A DNA stretch of 28,162 nt. It comes from a virus. Taxonomy: Duplodnaviria > Caudoviricetes. The position numbers and the translations under genes were made by a program. This document shows, one piece after another, positions 17,786-27,106 of this stretch. A model generated the notes under the pieces. It was not told the origin of the DNA and searched no databases. It was given only the letters and a program-made list of their open reading frames with translations. The stretch covers positions 1 to 28,162 of the IMG/VR virus record IMGVR_UViG_3300032328_000687. The stretch is one strand, 5' to 3'. Numbering within the stretch: the first letter of the stretch is position 1; every line of letters begins with the position of its first letter.

Positions 17786-18214
17786 TTAAATTTTGTTTAG
17801 GATTTGGCGGCCATGTACCCTTACCTGTATATGGCCATTGTAATAATCTGCTGATTCCAATACCCTTCTACTGAACTGCTCGCGTGCCTCAATGTATGAG
17901 CATTCACTCTTGCTTGCACAGTAGTAGAGTATCTCTCTGGTGAAATTGTCGGTGCCTAGTTTTTCGATGTCTGCGGATAGTTCTGCGCTGGATCCATAAT
18001 ACTGTTGCCAGTCCGAATCAATTTTGCTTCGTATTCGTTTTTTCTTCTTGATGCCGTTTTTTTGTTTGACTGTTCTGTAAGTGGTTTTTGAGAACTTTGC
18101 CAGTTTTTTGCCTATGTATTTGCGTCCAGTGAGATTATTTGTGATCAAGTAGACGAATCCTACACATGTTTCGGGCAATGTCTCCACTGGGGTGTTTTGA
18201 TAAAGCCATGTCAT
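17786..18214 (-). CDS. GIY-YIG family endonuclease, catalytic domain only
   Basis: 142 aa; GFVYLITN...RKYIGKK, YYGSS, conserved Glu (YIEAREQ) and YYN, plus a basic insert (KQKNGIKKKKRIRSK). TAACTA at 18246..18241. Confidence 0.85.
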   Translation of the reverse strand: MTWLYQNTPVETLPETCVGFVYLITNNLTGRKYIGKKLAKFSKTTYRTVKQKNGIKKKKRIRSKIDSDWQQYYGSSAELSADIEKLGTDNFTREILYYCASKSECSYIEAREQFSRRVLESADYYNGHIQVRVHGRQILNKI

Positions 18215-18278
18215 GTTGCAGTTTTGTTACTTGAGTCATATAGTTATGCCTTGCAGTTAAATTTTAAATAAAAAGTTG

Positions 18279-19784
18279 CTATGCTCGTTGTTGATGTAAT
18301 TGGAATACAGTTTTTTTCTTTTTGGTTGAGTGAGTGTGATAAGTTTCTAAAAGACTTAGGATTTTTTTCAGTTCCGCACGAGAATTAGGTTGACTATATC
18401 CTAATGCAAAACTGGTTTCGTGTAACTCTACCCTACGGCGTATCCGTTCAGGCAAAGTTAGATCTGGGTTGTTTCGGTTGATCCAGGCATACAGCGTATC
18501 TGAATCTTTTTCATCCTGATGTGCATCTTCGATTTGATACATTCGATCTCGATACAGCGGAGTATCTTTTATTATGTGCATGGTAGTGCCCCATCGTATC
18601 ATGAAAATTGTTGCCATGTCTGCGTAAATTTTATAACGATGTAAACGATCTAAGTTGATCGCATGATCTTGCTGTGTTTCTTCTGGGTGCCCCACAATCA
18701 TAAGAAAAATGTTGGGTATAGCCCATCTTCCACATTGCTCTAGATGATAATCAATGCTGGCGTCATTGAATTTTTTCTTCATGGCATTGCGTATTTTTTC
18801 ACTGAAACTTTCAATGCCAACGGATATTTGTCTAACTCCAGCATAGTGCATCAATTCATACATTATTTTAGGTTGAGATATCTGATCGCGACAGATGAAT
18901 TGTCCGCTATAAGTTATATCTTGTAAAAACGAATCTTGTGCGCGAGCGTTGGCCAATAAGTCATTGAACTTTATCCATCCTGATACACTGCCGTTGATGA
19001 GGCTGTCAGTGAATTCAAATCGTTTAATATTATACTCTTTGGCATGTGCGATTATTTCTGCTACTTGGCTTTCGGGTGATCGATATCGAAAAGCCGGCCA
19101 AATTGTTTCAATGTCACAGAATGTGCATTTTCTCACACAGCCTCTACTGCCGGTGATCAGCAACCGATTGTCTCGATATCCTGCAAAATTAAAATTACTG
19201 TAGTCAGGCAACATCAGCTGATCTAGGTCATCAATCTGAATAGGATCATTTTTGTCTATGCCCGGATGCGGTAAGTTTTTCAACAAAGCATCTAGGCTTT
19301 GCTCACCTTCACCAAATATCACACGATCTGCCCAGGCTTGGTCAAGTATCTGTTGACCAAATGTAGTATAGTCGGTGAGACTTTTCATAGAACTACTGAC
19401 ACCAGCACCACCTACTATGATTTGGCAAGTGGGTAACTCCTGCCGTATCATAGGCAATAGTAATTGTGCAAATGTTATGCTTTGAAAAGTGAATACACTT
19501 ACTGCGATACATGCCGGTTGTTGCAAACTCCATTCACTGATTTTTTTTTGTAATATTGATATGATTTTTGTTTTTACTGTTTGTTCCAATGGTGCGATCA
19601 ATTCACACCAGGCGTGCATATTTTCTAAATCCGTCTCCAGCAGTCTATTGTGTACCTCTAAGTTAAGGTCACTGATAGACACGCTGAATTCATTGGCTTT
19701 AAAAACCGGAACGATCGCGGCAAGGCCGGCTGAAGGATACAATGATTCAGCCAATGGGATACTAACTAATATGGCTGTTTTCAA
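18279..19784 (-). CDS. B12-binding-domain (class B-like) radical SAM enzyme
   Basis: SRGCVRKCTFC (CxxxCxxC), N-terminal domain with IIVGGAG and GEGE, VGIESFS, MIVGHPEET. TTG start. Confidence 0.88.
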   Translation of the reverse strand: MKTAILVSIPLAESLYPSAGLAAIVPVFKANEFSVSISDLNLEVHNRLLETDLENMHAWCELIAPLEQTVKTKIISILQKKISEWSLQQPACIAVSVFTFQSITFAQLLLPMIRQELPTCQIIVGGAGVSSSMKSLTDYTTFGQQILDQAWADRVIFGEGEQSLDALLKNLPHPGIDKNDPIQIDDLDQLMLPDYSNFNFAGYRDNRLLITGSRGCVRKCTFCDIETIWPAFRYRSPESQVAEIIAHAKEYNIKRFEFTDSLINGSVSGWIKFNDLLANARAQDSFLQDITYSGQFICRDQISQPKIMYELMHYAGVRQISVGIESFSEKIRNAMKKKFNDASIDYHLEQCGRWAIPNIFLMIVGHPEETQQDHAINLDRLHRYKIYADMATIFMIRWGTTMHIIKDTPLYRDRMYQIEDAHQDEKDSDTLYAWINRNNPDLTLPERIRRRVELHETSFALGYSQPNSRAELKKILSLLETYHTHSTKKKKTVFQLHQQRA

Positions 19785-20193
19785 CTAGTTTCTCTTTTAA
19801 TAACATCACTATGTCGCTATTGCTATGCCGGCCAACCACTCGGTCGATCACAATGTCACCAGGGTTATCACCTAAACTATTCAGTCGGCCTTGCAGATCT
19901 CGATCTCGATATTTTGTAAAAAAATCTTGGTCTAGAAAGAACTTCATGCAGTGATTTTGTAACTCTACATTGGCCAACCATTTGTTAATTAAAAATCCAT
20001 TGATTCTCAAGATAGGATTCACACCCCACGGTTGGAAGTATATGCAGATCTCTTGTGGTTGTTCGGGCCATTTGATTGTCCACGATGCTGTGGAAATATT
20101 ATTTGGAGTAACTTCTGCTCCGTTGATGGTTAGGCTAGAATTTTCTAATTGCTTGTTCTCTAACTCAACGGTTACTTTGCTAAGATTATCCAT
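19762..20193 (-). CDS. Hypothetical protein (143 aa)
   Basis: Fills the gap between gp46 and the radical SAM gene, overlapping the latter by 23 nt. TAAGTA at 20207..20202 overlaps the gp46 stop. Confidence 0.65.
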   Translation of the reverse strand: MDNLSKVTVELENKQLENSSLTINGAEVTPNNISTASWTIKWPEQPQEICIYFQPWGVNPILRINGFLINKWLANVELQNHCMKFFLDQDFFTKYRDRDLQGRLNSLGDNPGDIVIDRVVGRHSNSDIVMLLKEKLVENSHIS

Positions 20194-20204
20194 ACAAATT
20201 GTAC

Positions 20205-21968
20205 TTATGCAAGTTCGATGTCTGTTGAGTAAGAGGTAAACCCATTCTCTTTCACCACCTTGAGAATGTTCTCTACCCTGCTGGTGAGTTCATCTCTATG
20301 ACTGACCAGCCAGATTGATTTGTGTCGTTCTCGGCTCATCTTTTTCAATAAGGCCAAGGCATTCTCTACCCCTTGTGTGTCCAATCCGGAATCGATCATC
20401 TCGTCGATAAACAAGATGTTGATGGGTTGATACAAGCTCTCCCACACATCACGGAATGCCCAACTCATGCTGAGTATCAGACGATTGCGCTCACCACGCG
20501 ATAAATTGTCAAAGTCCAATTCACGACCCAGTTCTTCGATACTCACTGTGAGATCGTTCTGGAATTTCACAGTGTGTGGCAATCCGATACGATCAAGATA
20601 GTGTGTGAGTCTGCTGTTGAGATAACTCAAGTTCTGATCGATGATCTTCTTACGCACGAAACTATCTTTGCTGGTAAGCAGTTTGAGCAGGAACTCTTGA
20701 TGCTCCTGCACTCTAGTGAATTCGTTCAAGGTATCATAGGATACCACTTGCAGAGCTTGATTCTGCATTTCAGTGATCTGTTCGCTGTAGGGATCAGTTT
20801 CTGCTGAACGACTGGCAAGATCCTTCATCAAGGCATCCACGGTATTCTTGTGATTCAGGGCTTGTTCAAGACTGTCATAGAACACAGAGGGTGCTGTGCC
20901 CAGTTCGCCAAGTTCTTTCAATCGATCTTGATGTTCTATTCTCTGCGAATCGTTGGCTAACAGTTGCAATGCAAGTTCTTGTAGAGTCTTCTCACGCTGT
21001 GCTTTCACAGTGTCGAGGCTGTTGTCGTGTATGTCTGTGCCGCAAGCAAAACACTTGTGGCTGGCGATCTGTGTGAGATCCTTTTCAATCTGAATCTTTT
21101 GCTTCAACAGTTTTGTGTCGTCGGCATCAATCTGCCGTATCCAGCGATTTGCTTCGTCTGTGGCTTTCTTTCGAACATGATATGCTTGAAGATCCCTGTG
21201 TGCTTGCACTTCTGCTGCAATGTCAATGTGTTCAAGATCAGCAATACCTTGTGCCAGGCCTTCTGTATCTTCTGTTTGTTTGCGTAGCCACAAGGTCCGG
21301 CGTTTCTCTAGACTCTGGATCTGTTCTTCGATGCGCTTGTTGGCTTCTTGCACAGCACGGATACGCAGTTCTTCTGATTGGATAGAATCTTTGGTTTGTC
21401 TGTTGAGTTCTTTGATACGATCAGCTCGTTCGCTCAGTAGTGTAATACCCAGCAGTTGTTCAATGATGGTCCGTTGTTCGTTGGCTTTGAGACTCAAGAA
21501 CGGCGGCGTATAGGTGTTTAGGGCAACAATGTGTTGAAACATGTCGTGGCTCATGCCTAGCACACGCTCAATGGCTTCTTGTGTTTCTCTTGAATCGCCT
21601 TGTGCTTCGTCCTGTGCTGCCTGATGTTCATCGTTCACATAGAACCGGAGCACATTGGGTTTACGACCGCGTTCGATCCTATAGTTCTGGCCGCCTACGG
21701 AGAAGTCCAAGCTGATCAGCATGTGTTTGGCATTGGTCTTGTTCACAAGATTGTCTTTGCGGATGTTTGATAGTGCCTGCCCGTACAGAGCATAGCTCAA
21801 GGCATTGATGATAGTGGTCTTGCCGGTGCCGTTACGAGATCCATCGCCACCCATGTCTAGATTCTCACCCAGCACTAGTGTGAGATCGCTGCGATCAAAG
21901 TCAATGGCTTGCGTGGTATTGCCCACGCTCATGAAGTTTTTTACTGTGAGGTCGCGTAAGTGGATCAT
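20205..21968 (-). CDS. gp46: Recombination endonuclease ATPase subunit (gp46 / Rad50-SbcC-like)
   Basis: Walker A NGTGKTT, zinc hook CFAC within coiled coil, signature LSRGE, Walker B ILFIDE, D-loop SGLD, H-loop VSH. Confidence 0.95.
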   Translation of the reverse strand: MIHLRDLTVKNFMSVGNTTQAIDFDRSDLTLVLGENLDMGGDGSRNGTGKTTIINALSYALYGQALSNIRKDNLVNKTNAKHMLISLDFSVGGQNYRIERGRKPNVLRFYVNDEHQAAQDEAQGDSRETQEAIERVLGMSHDMFQHIVALNTYTPPFLSLKANEQRTIIEQLLGITLLSERADRIKELNRQTKDSIQSEELRIRAVQEANKRIEEQIQSLEKRRTLWLRKQTEDTEGLAQGIADLEHIDIAAEVQAHRDLQAYHVRKKATDEANRWIRQIDADDTKLLKQKIQIEKDLTQIASHKCFACGTDIHDNSLDTVKAQREKTLQELALQLLANDSQRIEHQDRLKELGELGTAPSVFYDSLEQALNHKNTVDALMKDLASRSAETDPYSEQITEMQNQALQVVSYDTLNEFTRVQEHQEFLLKLLTSKDSFVRKKIIDQNLSYLNSRLTHYLDRIGLPHTVKFQNDLTVSIEELGRELDFDNLSRGERNRLILSMSWAFRDVWESLYQPINILFIDEMIDSGLDTQGVENALALLKKMSRERHKSIWLVSHRDELTSRVENILKVVKENGFTSYSTDIELA

Positions 21969-23128
21969 AGATTATATAACATAGGAAAAACATCTTTGCT
22001 AGATAGATTGCGACGGTGGTCTAATGTAGTTAAAAAGTCAAATGTGTTATTCATGTTCCTGCTGGGTTCCGATGTGTTGATAAAATTATACATTAAATTT
22101 AACGATTTGTACAGCCAATATTGTGGGTCTGCCATGGACATCTCGAGTTTAATTTTCTCTTTTATCTGACCTAACCGGCTATTGGGTAGACCTCTAAGAT
22201 CAAGTTCCGCAGGCTCGGTCAGAGTTTGGATGATGAAAGAATTTTCATGGAATCCGATATTTTTTAAAAAATCTATACAATCAAATATGGATGTTGAATT
22301 TAGCACACACCATACCATGTTAAAGTTTATGTCAAAACCTTGGCGTTTGAGATACAAAAGATTTTGATGAAATTTATTCCAATTGCCGGGATATCTGATG
22401 TACTCAAACTCTGCTCCTACAGCATCTACACTAACGGTCCATTTTACATTTTTGAATGTGATCAGCTTTTTAAAAATTTCATTGTCAATAACGGACAAGT
22501 TGGTGTTAATCCTGATTTCTATATCAGGATTCTGATCTTTTAAAATGTTCAGCAATTCTAAATTTTCTTTGATCAACAGTGGCTCACCACCTGCTAGATA
22601 AACATGAGTTATGTTGCGTAGATTTTCAAAAATATATTTTTTATTGTTTCTGAGGACATCTTCATCAATGGTGAATGATTTATCTTTCAACTCACTGGCC
22701 CACTGGCTACTGAGATCCGGCCCGCAGTACACACAAGAAAAATTACAGGTGTTTCTCCATCGAAGATCTAATACTTTAAGATCAAAGTTTTCGGCACGAT
22801 CGTACAACTCCAGATTGATATTTTTAATGCCATATTTTTTATACCAAGATCTGTTACTGGAATTAGAATGTTGGGCAGAATTTGAAGTGTTATCTTCTAC
22901 AGAATAGCAAGCATTACATCTCGGATGACGAATTCCATCTAACATATCTTGTTTGACCATCACATTGTTAGCACTGGTGAGTATTTTTTCCACAGGTTCT
23001 TTGTGCAAATTACCAAGATTTAAATTAGAGATCGCACAATTTTTTACTTCGCCATCCGGATTCACATACACACCGATCCACGGCAATGAACACAGAGAAG
23101 AATGCTTGAAATACTGCAATGGGGTCAT
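21965..23128 (-). CDS. Radical SAM protein with N-terminal SPASM/twitch-like Cys motif
   Basis: CSLPW...NC and CNACY..E precede CNFSCVYC; AGGEPLL; INTN. Confidence 0.9.
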   Translation of the reverse strand: MTPLQYFKHSSLCSLPWIGVYVNPDGEVKNCAISNLNLGNLHKEPVEKILTSANNVMVKQDMLDGIRHPRCNACYSVEDNTSNSAQHSNSSNRSWYKKYGIKNINLELYDRAENFDLKVLDLRWRNTCNFSCVYCGPDLSSQWASELKDKSFTIDEDVLRNNKKYIFENLRNITHVYLAGGEPLLIKENLELLNILKDQNPDIEIRINTNLSVIDNEIFKKLITFKNVKWTVSVDAVGAEFEYIRYPGNWNKFHQNLLYLKRQGFDINFNMVWCVLNSTSIFDCIDFLKNIGFHENSFIIQTLTEPAELDLRGLPNSRLGQIKEKIKLEMSMADPQYWLYKSLNLMYNFINTSEPSRNMNNTFDFLTTLDHRRNLSSKDVFPMLYNL

Positions 23129-23601
23129 AGGTTTAGTTTTTTTATAAGTTCTTCAACATATTGATCAGTTTGTTCGCCTAAATGTTCCGGATGTACAATG
23201 ATCATACGACATCCTGCTAACTTGGAAAGAGCATTGTGAGCATGGCATAGTGCAGTTTTCTGTGTGAGGTATTCTAATAAAAATGTGTCGTTCCACTTGG
23301 GATCTTGTATCACAGCACGACTTCCTATGCTAACAATAGTCCCCTGAGTCCAGGATCTTGCCAATCGATACAAGATCTGACTTTGTGCATAATCAGGTTT
23401 GGCATTGTTAATGAACAAATCAAACCCTTGAACATGTTCCAACATATTACCGACTTTGGTATAGTCTCGCAAATCATATCCGTTGGATCTACTGAACCCA
23501 ACAGTTTCATATCCATGACTTTGTAGCAACCTAAAAAAACTATTACCAAGCCCGGTGGTATGTCCGGTTATCGCCGCTGTGAGATTATGCAGTTTCGTCA
23601 T
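23125..23601 (-). CDS. Short (truncated-type) SDR family oxidoreductase
   Basis: ITGHTTGLG nucleotide-binding motif, FINNA, catalytic Ser region SIGS, YxxxK (YLTQK); only 158 aa. Confidence 0.8.
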   Translation of the reverse strand: MTKLHNLTAAITGHTTGLGNSFFRLLQSHGYETVGFSRSNGYDLRDYTKVGNMLEHVQGFDLFINNAKPDYAQSQILYRLARSWTQGTIVSIGSRAVIQDPKWNDTFLLEYLTQKTALCHAHNALSKLAGCRMIIVHPEHLGEQTDQYVEELIKKLNL

Positions 23602-23602
23602 C

Positions 23603-25099
23603 CTACATCATCCCCATGGCCGTTGCTATGTCACGATGCGTAGTCAGCAGATTCTGATTTCTAATGCGATCAAAATGTTTGCTAAGGTTTACAAAATCTT
23701 TGCCATCTGAGTCGGGCAATGACTGAATAGTTGCTAACATGTTGATCACTTCAGATCTCGGGTGATTTTTTAACTTTTCAATTATGATTTTTTTAGCCTG
23801 GGCGGTGAGATTTTTTATACTAAATTCTGCCGGGGTGCTGAGATAATTAAAATTCACAGGTAAGCCCAAGCTGTCGGCCCATTGCAATACTTCATCGAGA
23901 TACAAAATGTTCATGACATTGACTGTTGGCATGATGCTTATTTTCAAGTTAGGTAATTTGAGATCCACTAATCGACAAATATTTGCTTCTACCTCGGACC
24001 AAGAACCACCCCGCTCTAGTTCGAATCGTTCTCTCACATTGTCGATACTAAACTGTATGTCAATGTGTTTGAATTTCTTCCAATGTTCTATTAGACCAGC
24101 TGGGTATATTGACCCATTGCTGTTGTAGTGCAGCCGGATATGTTTGGCTTGGTCTTGGTCGACTGCTTCCTGCACTAGTCTATACAGATGTTTAATCAGG
24201 AATGGTTCGCCGCCATACATGTCAATATTAGTTAAAGATGGCAATAATCCAATTATCTCTTCGAGGACTTTGGGAGAAGAGTCTGGCCAGTTTAAAGATT
24301 TTACAGAGATGATATCTGTGTTGGACTGCACCTCTTGTGCAAACAGAGAGCTTGCTTTGGGGCCGCAAATACGACATTTAAAATTGCAAGTGTTTCCGGG
24401 CGAAATGTCTAAACTGGTTATAGTTGGCGCATCTAGATATTTAGTGACCAGGTCAGTTTTTAGAAAACTCAAATGTCTAGTGCGACTACTGGTCAATGAT
24501 CTATCTTCAAGATCCCAACAATTTTTACAGCCGGCCACTTTCTCACCTGCTAATAATTGTTGTCTAAGTTGAACATAATCTTGATTGTGAAATATGTTAT
24601 GCATGGTATCATCAATCACACTGCCCACGGCGCCTTGATACACGCAACAAGGGCTTACTCGCCCACTCGGGCTAATCAGCATGTGTGTCCACGGCATAGG
24701 GCATAGCGTATTGGGCAATGCAAAATTGTTCATCAGTGGCTTGGTATTTTTTATATTTTCTTGAATCCAGTGGAATGGAACATTGTCGCCGAGATTCTCC
24801 TGTGCAAGAACACGCACCTGATCGCCGATATCAAATGGACTACACAACAACAGAAAAAAGTTGGACACATCTATCAATGTAGCAGCCTGATATATGTGGC
24901 GCAGCAATTGATCGGGTATAGCATTCTCAGTGTAGAATACCAATCGATCGTGAGACAAAAATTCTACTTGATGGTGTTGTTGTAGAATTTTATATGCCTG
25001 TGTCGAAGTCGTGGTAAGATCTGCCAGATCAACAAAACATTTTATCGAATATGTCTTAGACAGATTATTTTTTAATTGAGATACCTTAACTTCATTCAT
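23603..25099 (-). CDS. Radical SAM protein with SPASM/twitch-like motif and ~130-aa N-terminal extension
   Basis: CPMPW...PCC, CKNCW..E, CNFKCRIC, YGGEPFL, YNSNG. Confidence 0.9.
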   Translation of the reverse strand: MNEVKVSQLKNNLSKTYSIKCFVDLADLTTTSTQAYKILQQHHQVEFLSHDRLVFYTENAIPDQLLRHIYQAATLIDVSNFFLLLCSPFDIGDQVRVLAQENLGDNVPFHWIQENIKNTKPLMNNFALPNTLCPMPWTHMLISPSGRVSPCCVYQGAVGSVIDDTMHNIFHNQDYVQLRQQLLAGEKVAGCKNCWDLEDRSLTSSRTRHLSFLKTDLVTKYLDAPTITSLDISPGNTCNFKCRICGPKASSLFAQEVQSNTDIISVKSLNWPDSSPKVLEEIIGLLPSLTNIDMYGGEPFLIKHLYRLVQEAVDQDQAKHIRLHYNSNGSIYPAGLIEHWKKFKHIDIQFSIDNVRERFELERGGSWSEVEANICRLVDLKLPNLKISIMPTVNVMNILYLDEVLQWADSLGLPVNFNYLSTPAEFSIKNLTAQAKKIIIEKLKNHPRSEVINMLATIQSLPDSDGKDFVNLSKHFDRIRNQNLLTTHRDIATAMGMM

Positions 25100-26112
25100 A
25101 AATTCTGATAGATTTTCAGCAGTAGCTTGTTGTCATAGAATTCTGATTCAATGTTGGTGATCTGATCCGTGACAATTTGGTCCACAGATTCAAACTTGAT
25201 CTCACCTGGCGCCATATCTGTATCCACTGAGGAATTCTTGTTGGGTATCAGGGCCATCTCTCGGAGATTGTAATCTCGGATATAGGTTTCTTTGATGAAG
25301 TTGGCTTCTTCGTATGAAATTTCAATATCCAGATTCACACGCACATGCATTCGGGGTGCAAGCAAGGTGGCAGCATTGTCGATGATGTTGGCTAGTCCTA
25401 GCACACGATATCTGGGTTGATCGGGCCACTCATGATAAACAGGGTCCTTGCCCCATTCTAAGATAGTAAGTCCGCGAGCATCGTCGCCAGCATCTGCATA
25501 GTTGTGCGGAAATGCATTGCCGATGTAGGTGATGTTCTTCTTGGTCTGCCGTTTGTGGAAGTGTCCAGTGAACACATGTTCAAAGTTGTTGAAGTCTTCT
25601 CTTCGAACTTCACCATGATCTGGCATCTCCACCATGGCATTCATCAAGTATCCGGGTAATTCAAAGTGCCCAAACATGTATTTGGCATTTAACTTAGAGA
25701 TACGCTTATGGTCGTCACCCACAAGCCAAGGAGCAATGATCACATCACCACTAGAAAACCAATCATTGCAGATTTCTACATTAGGGAGATGGCGTGCCCA
25801 TTCCACACTTTGGATGTCGCGTTTATCTCGATAGTAAAGGTCGTGATTGCCAGGAATAAAAAACACACGATCAAAGTTGGCATTCATGTGCTCCAGAGCC
25901 CTGAGGCTGTAGTTCAGCGTGACGATGTTGAGACTGGCTCGATTGTTGTGCCAATCGCCCAGGAACAAGCAGGTCTCACAACCTTCCGCCCGGGCCTTAG
26001 CAGTTGCCCACTTCACAAAGTTTAGGCAGTCCTCATTGTGTTGAGTGCTGTTGCTTTTCAACCCAAAGTGAATGTCTGTGAAGATCGCGGCTTTACGGAA
26101 TAGATTAGTCAT
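25096..26112 (-). CDS. gp47: Recombination endonuclease nuclease subunit (gp47 / Mre11-SbcD-like)
   Basis: Metallophosphoesterase motifs DIHFG, LGDW, GNHD, GHFE, GHFH. Confidence 0.95.
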   Translation of the reverse strand: MTNLFRKAAIFTDIHFGLKSNSTQHNEDCLNFVKWATAKARAEGCETCLFLGDWHNNRASLNIVTLNYSLRALEHMNANFDRVFFIPGNHDLYYRDKRDIQSVEWARHLPNVEICNDWFSSGDVIIAPWLVGDDHKRISKLNAKYMFGHFELPGYLMNAMVEMPDHGEVRREDFNNFEHVFTGHFHKRQTKKNITYIGNAFPHNYADAGDDARGLTILEWGKDPVYHEWPDQPRYRVLGLANIIDNAATLLAPRMHVRVNLDIEISYEEANFIKETYIRDYNLREMALIPNKNSSVDTDMAPGEIKFESVDQIVTDQITNIESEFYDNKLLLKIYQNL

Positions 26113-26118
26113 TCAGTC

Positions 26119-26147
26119 AGTATACTATATTTTAATAGATCAGCCAA
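26119..26147 (-). promoter_or_regulatory. Sigma70-type promoter for gp47 (probably leaderless transcript)
   Basis: TTGGCT (26147..26142), 17-nt spacer, TATACT (26124..26119), 6 nt, then ATG 26112. No SD. Confidence 0.55.
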
Positions 26148-26162
26148 ACAATATGGTAAAGA

Positions 26163-27098
26163 TCACAATAAGTTCGCTAGTTCGGGTAACGCTTGTTTCA
26201 TATCCATCACAAGACCATAGTCGACCATCTTAAAAATCAAAGCATTTGGATTTCGATTGATAGCCACTATCACACCACTTTCTCGAATTCCGGCCAAGGG
26301 TTGATATCCACCACTAAGTCCGCATGTTATAAGCAACTCCGGTGCTACACTTGATCCGGACTGTCCAATTAACCAATGGGCCGGTACAATTTTGTTTGGA
26401 ACCAAATTTCTACCACCACCAATACTGGCACCTGTTTTGTCTACCAATGGTTGTAACAATGACATCAGCTGATTTTTATCATAGAATGCAGTACCGGCAA
26501 ATAACACGATTTTGGCAGACAGTAAATCCGGTTGAGGATTCTGATCAATATCGGTACTTGTAACCTGGATGTCTAAGGCACATTGCACAGCAGCTACTAA
26601 TTCTATTACGGCAGGTGTTTGTGTTGGTGGTGCCGGATCAAATGTTGTTGTTCTCACCGTGATGACTTTGGTATGATCTGTAGTTTGTAAGGTAGAGATT
26701 GCTTGACCAGAATAGTCCGGTTGTTCAAATGTATCATCGGAAATTATTTTCATCACATTTGACACCTGTGATACATCTAGTAGTGCTGCCACTCGGGGAG
26801 AGATGTTCTTGCCATACCTAGTAGATGGAAATAATATGTGACTGTAATTATGTGCCATTGGTATGATTTGTGCAGCAACATATTCAGCTATTCCGTGAGC
26901 TAAGTCGGCATGGTCGATGTGTATGACCTTGGCAACACCTTGGATATTAGCAGCTTCACTGGCCACTGACTCAGATTGATATCCGGCTACTAACACATGT
27001 ATTTCTCCGGACCCTATGTGCGTGGCTGCGGTGATGGTGTTAAGTGTAGAACATCGAATGTTGAAATTATTGTGTTCAGCAATGACAAGATAGTTCAT
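26163..27098 (-). CDS. etfA: Electron transfer flavoprotein alpha subunit (divergent)
   Basis: LVIAEH, GKNISPRVAALLDVSQ, KVITVRTTTFD, IGQSG..VAPEL, GLSG..Q.LAG, IVAIN, DYGLV. Confidence 0.92.
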   Translation of the reverse strand: MNYLVIAEHNNFNIRCSTLNTITAATHIGSGEIHVLVAGYQSESVASEAANIQGVAKVIHIDHADLAHGIAEYVAAQIIPMAHNYSHILFPSTRYGKNISPRVAALLDVSQVSNVMKIISDDTFEQPDYSGQAISTLQTTDHTKVITVRTTTFDPAPPTQTPAVIELVAAVQCALDIQVTSTDIDQNPQPDLLSAKIVLFAGTAFYDKNQLMSLLQPLVDKTGASIGGGRNLVPNKIVPAHWLIGQSGSSVAPELLITCGLSGGYQPLAGIRESGVIVAINRNPNALIFKMVDYGLVMDMKQALPELANLL

Positions 27099-27106
27099 GA
27101 TTTGTC

